Positions 26,689-32,000 of a stretch of DNA of 32,000 nucleotides are shown here, one piece after another. The notes below the pieces were generated by a model. That model saw only the letters and a list, made by a program, of their open reading frames with translations. It did no database searches and had not been told where the DNA came from. The translations under genes and the position numbers were made by a program. How positions within the stretch are numbered: the first letter of the stretch is position 1; every line of letters starts with the position of its first letter. Origin of the DNA: Phycisphaera mikurensis NBRC 102666 (GTDB lineage: Bacteria > Planctomycetota > Phycisphaerae > Phycisphaerales > Phycisphaeraceae); the NCBI RefSeq assembly GCF_000284115.1, contig NC_017080.1, forward strand, positions 1,470,001-1,502,000, read 5' to 3'.

Positions 26689-26794
26689 GGCAGAAGTATA
26701 GCGAAACGTCCAATCCGGCCAGGTGGCGGCTGCGCGCGGCGGATCGCGCGTCCGCCGTCCGGCGGCAGCGTGTCGCGGCGGCGGCCCGGCGGCT

Positions 26795-27337
26795 TCAGGG
26801 AAGCGAGGTCATCGCCGCCTCCGCGGCGAGCGGCACGCCCTGTGCGGGCTCGAAGTCCACCCGCACGCGCGACGGCCGGTACGCCACGGAGAAGTCGTCC
26901 AGCTCCAGCTCCAGCACGTAGCAGCGGGAGACCGGGTCCCAGTGCTCCGCCTGCTCCTCGGGGGTCGCCACCCGCACGTCCCACGCGTAGAGCGCCTCCC
27001 CCTGCGGCGAGGGTGCCGGCACCAGCACACCCCGCGGGCCCGGACGGGTGGAGACGTCCGGGTCGGCGAGGAGCCGGCACCGCAGCACGCCGACCTCCTT
27101 GACCGGGTCGCCCAGGCCGTCGAGCAGCTCCACACCGAGCGTCAGCCACGACCGCTCGCCCTCCCGCACGAAGCGGGTGGCGGGGTAGATGCGGGCCGAG
27201 ACGGGCGCGGTCGAGAAGAGGCGGTCGGGGTCGCTGGGCATCCGCAGCGGCTCTGCGCGGCGACCCGCGGCCGCGCCGCAGCCCGCCGAAGCGGCGCCCA
27301 GGAGCATCAGGAGCGCGATCCGGCCGACGCGGTTCAC
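26795..27337 (-). CDS. putative lipoprotein (180 aa)
   Basis: In the frame of ORF 26795-28003. The GTG at 27337 gives [19 protein letters not shown], a lipobox-like signal with Cys at position 20. Coding-type GC3 downstream. The ATG at 27418 would overlap the divergent regulator start, so I disfavour it. Confidence 0.5.
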   Translation of the reverse strand: MNRVGRIALLMLLGAASAGCGAAAGRRAEPLRMPSDPDRLFSTAPVSARIYPATRFVREGERSWLTLGVELLDGLGDPVKEVGVLRCRLLADPDVSTRPGPRGVLVPAPSPQGEALYAWDVRVATPEEQAEHWDPVSRCYVLELELDDFSVAYRPSRVRVDFEPAQGVPLAAEAAMTSLP

Positions 27338-27378
27338 CCCGCGCGGGAGCTGTCGCGGAGCCGACGCCGGTGGAACGC

Positions 27379-27407
27379 TTGCAATCCCGCCCGACTGCTG
27401 TTTCAAT
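27379..27407 (+). promoter_or_regulatory. candidate sigma-70-type promoter for the sigma-54 activator gene
   Basis: TTGCAA (27379-27384), a 17-nt spacer, then TTCAAT (27402-27407), in a locally AT-richer patch. The -10 element ends 9 nt before the ATG at 27417, which implies a very short or absent leader. Pattern match only. Confidence 0.3.
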
Positions 27408-27416
27408 GGGCATTTC

Positions 27417-29033
<1,617 letters not shown>

Positions 29034-29153
29034 GCCGGCGCCCCGGCGTGGGTCCTGATCGGCTGATGCGGCGCCCGCGGCGCACACCCGGGCCCGCCGC
29101 AGCGGCCGCCGCAGGCGACTCGCCACCGGGCTTTGGCGGGGTAGGTTGGGGGG

Positions 29154-30728
29154 GTGACGCGCCCCCTCCGAACGATGCCCAACCGCCCGATGAAACCCGT
29201 TGCCGCCGGCGTCGTTGCGCCCGCTCGCGCCGCCCGCCGCCCGCGCCTCGCCGGAGCCGGCCGCCGGGCGGCGGCGACGCTCGCGGCGGGTCTGCTCCTC
29301 GCCGCGCTGCCGGGCTGCGGCGGCGGGAGCCGCGTCGGTCCCGACGCCGCTCCCTTCCTCGAGGTCCGGCTGCTCCCCGCCGACGCGTCCCGCGGCCTCG
29401 ACGCGGAGGTGCCGGCCTGGGTGGAGCGGCGCTGGGCGGCGGAGAACCTCGGTGCCGGCGACGACCCGGGGCGGAGGCTCCGCGTGCGGGTCAGCGGCGG
29501 CGACCGGACCCTGCACGAGGGCTGGGTGCGGCTGCCCGAGAACGCGCTGGAGCGGCCGATCAGCGACAGCGGCCCGCTGCCGGTCACCCGCCTCCGCCGC
29601 CCCGCGGTGACGCTCTCGATGGTCGGCCTGTCCGACCGCGGCCGCGTCGCCGAGGGCGTCGCCCAGGCACGCATGAGCCCCGCGTTCCTCGCCGCGCTCG
29701 ACCGGGTCGACCCCTTCGCGACGCTCGACGAGGCGCTCTGGCTCGCGGTGCTCGGGCTCGACGCCGACGCCGTCGACCGGTACGCCGACCGGGTGGACGC
29801 GCTCGACGCCGAGGGCCTCATCGCGCTGCGGGAAGCGGGCATCGGCCCCTCCCGGCTCGAGGAGCTCGACGCGGCGGGCTCCCGCTTCACCGCCGAGGCG
29901 CTCGTGCGGTTGCAGCGGGCGGGCGTCACCCCGGAGACGGCGCTGGAGCTCCGCCAAGAGGGCGTCGCGACCGATCCGGCCGCCATGGAGGTCGCCGCCG
30001 CCGCCCGCCGGCCCGCCCGCGCGCCGGCGGGCCCGTCGTCGGTGCTCCCGCCCACCCCGGCCGACGGCGTGGCCGCTCGCGCCCCGCGCCAGCGCTTGCC
30101 GCCGACTCCCGCGACCGACACCGGCCGCGTCGCGGCGGCCCCCGCGGCGCCCGGCACCGCCGCGGCGACGCCCGCGTCCGCGGCGCCCGCCCCGGTGGCC
30201 GTTCCCGCGCCCGCGACGCCGGAGCCGACGCCCGCGTCCGCGGCGCCCGCGACGGGCACCCCCGCGAGCGGGACCCTCTCAGGAGCGTCCCGGGCCGCGG
30301 ACTCGGCGGCGTCATCGCCGGAGCCGCAGCCGGAGGCGGGCGACGCCGGAGCCGTGCCCGGCCGCTTCGCGGAGCTGATGGGCCGGTTGGGCTACACCCG
30401 GGGCGAGGACCTCCAGCGGCTCTTCCGGGCGCGGGTCGAGCCGCGCAGCGTCCGCGACTTCGTCGACGCGGGCCACAACCCCACCGTCGACGAGCTGGTC
30501 GCCGCCCGCGCCCTCGGCATCGACGGCTCCACCGCGCTGCGGGTGTCGCGTGCCGGCTACCGCTTCAGCGTCGCCGACCTGATCGAGCTCTCCGAGGCGG
30601 GCGCCGACGCGGACTACGCCGTCGCCCTCGCCGATCCCCGCTTCCCGCCGCTCTCCAAGGATCAGCTGCTCGATCTGAAGAGCCGCGGCGTCACGCCGGA
30701 GCAGGTGCAGGCGATCCGCAACCGCTGA
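29154..30728 (+). CDS. putative lipoprotein with Pro/Ala-rich linker and repeated G-V-T-P-E helical motifs
   Basis: ORF from the GTG at 29154; ATGs at 29175 and 29190 are alternative starts. Arg-rich n-region (GRRAAATLAAGLLLAALPGC) with a lipobox Cys at residue 55 of the longest form. There are two blocks of roughly 20-25 aa repeats, for example LVRLQRAGVTPETALELRQEGV and LLDLKSRGVTPEQVQAIRNR. Confidence 0.6.
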   Translation: MTRPLRTMPNRPMKPVAAGVVAPARAARRPRLAGAGRRAAATLAAGLLLAALPGCGGGSRVGPDAAPFLEVRLLPADASRGLDAEVPAWVERRWAAENLGAGDDPGRRLRVRVSGGDRTLHEGWVRLPENALERPISDSGPLPVTRLRRPAVTLSMVGLSDRGRVAEGVAQARMSPAFLAALDRVDPFATLDEALWLAVLGLDADAVDRYADRVDALDAEGLIALREAGIGPSRLEELDAAGSRFTAEALVRLQRAGVTPETALELRQEGVATDPAAMEVAAAARRPARAPAGPSSVLPPTPADGVAARAPRQRLPPTPATDTGRVAAAPAAPGTAAATPASAAPAPVAVPAPATPEPTPASAAPATGTPASGTLSGASRAADSAASSPEPQPEAGDAGAVPGRFAELMGRLGYTRGEDLQRLFRARVEPRSVRDFVDAGHNPTVDELVAARALGIDGSTALRVSRAGYRFSVADLIELSEAGADADYAVALADPRFPPLSKDQLLDLKSRGVTPEQVQAIRNR

Positions 30729-30882
30729 CGCGCGGCCCGCGGCCCGTCGCCCAGGCCGAGCGACGCGGACGCGGCGTTGCGCCCGCACGTCCGGCGGAGG
30801 CGGAGGCGCAGACGGGAACTCCGCCCGCGGACCGGCGGGCGTTCCGGCGCTTGGGACCCGCGGTCCGCGGAACCGGGCATCA

Positions 30883-30956
<74 letters not shown>

Positions 30957-30963
30957 CGGGGTG

Positions 30964-30980
30964 CCGCAGCGTAGCTGCGG
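30964..30980. terminator. short hairpin between the M42 peptidase stop and tRNA-Pro
   Basis: ccgcagc gta gctgcgg: a perfect 7-bp stem with a 3-nt loop. There is no U-tract. The role is inferred from position only. Confidence 0.25.
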
Positions 30981-30995
30981 CCCGGCGTGGCGGGG

Positions 30996-32000
30996 TCATC
31001 CCGGTGCGGACGGGACCGCTTCCGCCAGGAACAGCGCGAGCAGGTCCCGGCACGCCTCCAGGTCCGCCTTGTGGCAGGCCTCGGTCACGGAGTGGATGTT
31101 GCGGGTGGGCACCGAGAGCGTGAAGGTGCGGGCACCGACGCCGGCGCGCTGGAGGCTGCCGGCATCGGTGCCGCCCCGCATCAGGATGCTGCGCTGGGTG
31201 GGCACGCCGTTCGCCTCGCCGAGCCGCTCGAACGCCTGGAGGATCCCCACGTCGGCGATGCTGGCGGAGTCCATCACGGTGAGGGCGACGCCCTTGCCGA
31301 AGGCGGTCGTCTGCTGGTGCGGGACGCCGCCGGGGGTGTCGACGCAGAGGGTGGTGTCCACGGCGATGCCGACGTGCGGCCGGGCGGTGTAGGCGCTGGT
31401 GAGGGCGCCACGCAGGCCGACCTCCTCCTGGACGGTGAACACGCAGTGCAGCTCGCAGGGGTGCGGCGTGGCGTCGGCCTCCAGCTTCCGGACGGCTTCC
31501 ACCAGCGCCCAGCAGGCGACGCGGTTGTCCATCGCCTGGCCCGCGACGGCGGGGCCCAGGTCCACGAAGGGCTGATCGAGGACGACCATGTCGCCGATTT
31601 TCACGCGCTTCTTGACCTCCTCCGCCGGGAGCGTGGTGTCGATCACCAGGTCGGTGAGGTCGGGCAGCTTCTTGCGGTCTTCCTCGGTCGCGAGGTGCAC
31701 CGGCTTCACGCCGGGGTTCATGAGACCGCGGAGGTCCCGTGACGGATCCGCGGGATCGGGGCAGATCGTCACGACCCGGGCGAAGAGGTTGCGGATGTCG
31801 AAGCCGCCCACCGGTTGCACGCGGAGGAAGCCGTCGTCGTCGATGAAGCGGACGAGGAAGCCGATCTGGTCCATGTGGGCGGCGACCATCACCCGCTGCG
31901 GCGGCTCCGCAGCCGGCCCCCGCGCCGAGCGCACGCACACAAGCGAGCCCAGCGGGTCCGTCGTGACCGTGTCGAAGAGGCCGGCCGCCTCCTCCTCCAG
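30996..32000 (-). CDS. M42-family metallopeptidase (glutamyl aminopeptidase/FrvX-like), 5' end beyond the window
   Basis: The frame stays open to nt 32000 (LEEEAAGLFDTVTTDPLGSLVCV...), so the listed start at 31940 is internal. Motifs: AAHMDQIGF, AMDNRVACW, TVQEEVGLRGA, AVDTT and GGTDAG, the typical M42 pattern. Confidence 0.88.
   Translation of the reverse strand: MEEEAAGLFDTVTTDPLGSLVCVRSARGPAAEPPQRVMVAAHMDQIGFLVRFIDDDGFLRVQPVGGFDIRNLFARVVTICPDPADPSRDLRGLMNPGVKPVHLATEEDRKKLPDLTDLVIDTTLPAEEVKKRVKIGDMVVLDQPFVDLGPAVAGQAMDNRVACWALVEAVRKLEADATPHPCELHCVFTVQEEVGLRGALTSAYTARPHVGIAVDTTLCVDTPGGVPHQQTTAFGKGVALTVMDSASIADVGILQAFERLGEANGVPTQRSILMRGGTDAGSLQRAGVGARTFTLSVPTRNIHSVTEACHKADLEACRDLLALFLAEAVPSAPG

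Noticed and set aside
26036-26713. N-terminal extension of the TPR-peptidase ORF (1099 aa in the track).
   Set aside because: The codons upstream of 26035 lose the G/C third-position bias and the translation is Arg/Pro-rich nonsense. The region 26290-26688 is better explained by the 132-aa ORF in another frame. A signal-peptide-like segment begins right after the GTG at 26035.
29133-29149. Sigma-54 promoter candidate TTGGCGGGGTAGGTTGG upstream of the repeat lipoprotein gene.
   Set aside because: The GG to TTG spacing is one nt too long and the conserved GC of the -12 element is GG. It also sits only 5 nt before the longest possible start codon. It is at best a weak match.

Overview
Very GC-rich bacterial chromosomal segment (by eye well above 70% G+C). 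The gene content and protein style suggest a Planctomycetota/Phycisphaerae-like organism, but that is inference only. I support 26 protein-coding genes, one of them truncated at the right edge, plus one tRNA-Pro(UGG). Most are core housekeeping genes on both strands: SDR oxidoreductase, DEAD-box helicase, STAS protein, YgfZ-like folate-binding protein, pgk, a beta-barrel-like outer-membrane protein, an orphan ParA ATPase, a YqaA-like membrane protein, MscS channel, hom, gdh, guaB, a 2-oxoacid dehydrogenase E2, a DUF421 membrane protein, purE, a Cys-less thioredoxin-fold protein, an aldo/keto reductase, ispD and an M42 peptidase. I see no transposase, integrase, CRISPR array, toxin-antitoxin pair or recognisable defence gene, so this does not look like an accessory island. 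Many very long ORFs in the six-frame track are high-GC shadow ORFs. The unusual content is mostly non-coding. (1) A family of phased 8-bp purine/pyrimidine-asymmetric tandem repeats occurs at three loci: a 42-unit array at 21158-21493, five units plus a (TC)15 microsatellite between ygfZ and pgk, and four units inside the signal-peptide coding region of the outer-membrane protein. (2) A ~160-bp imperfect palindrome lies upstream of purE, and its terminal 16-mer recurs just downstream of purE. (3) Paired CCGCGG palindromes recur at gene boundaries, and an exact 17-mer brackets the E2 gene. The best candidate for an undescribed functional module is contextual only: a GAF/sigma-54 enhancer-binding protein (27417-29033) surrounded by four exported proteins of unknown function (TPR-embedded HEYAH metallopeptidase, 132-aa orphan, 180-aa lipoprotein, 524-aa repeat lipoprotein). 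All coordinates and repeat counts were read by hand, and no database search was possible.
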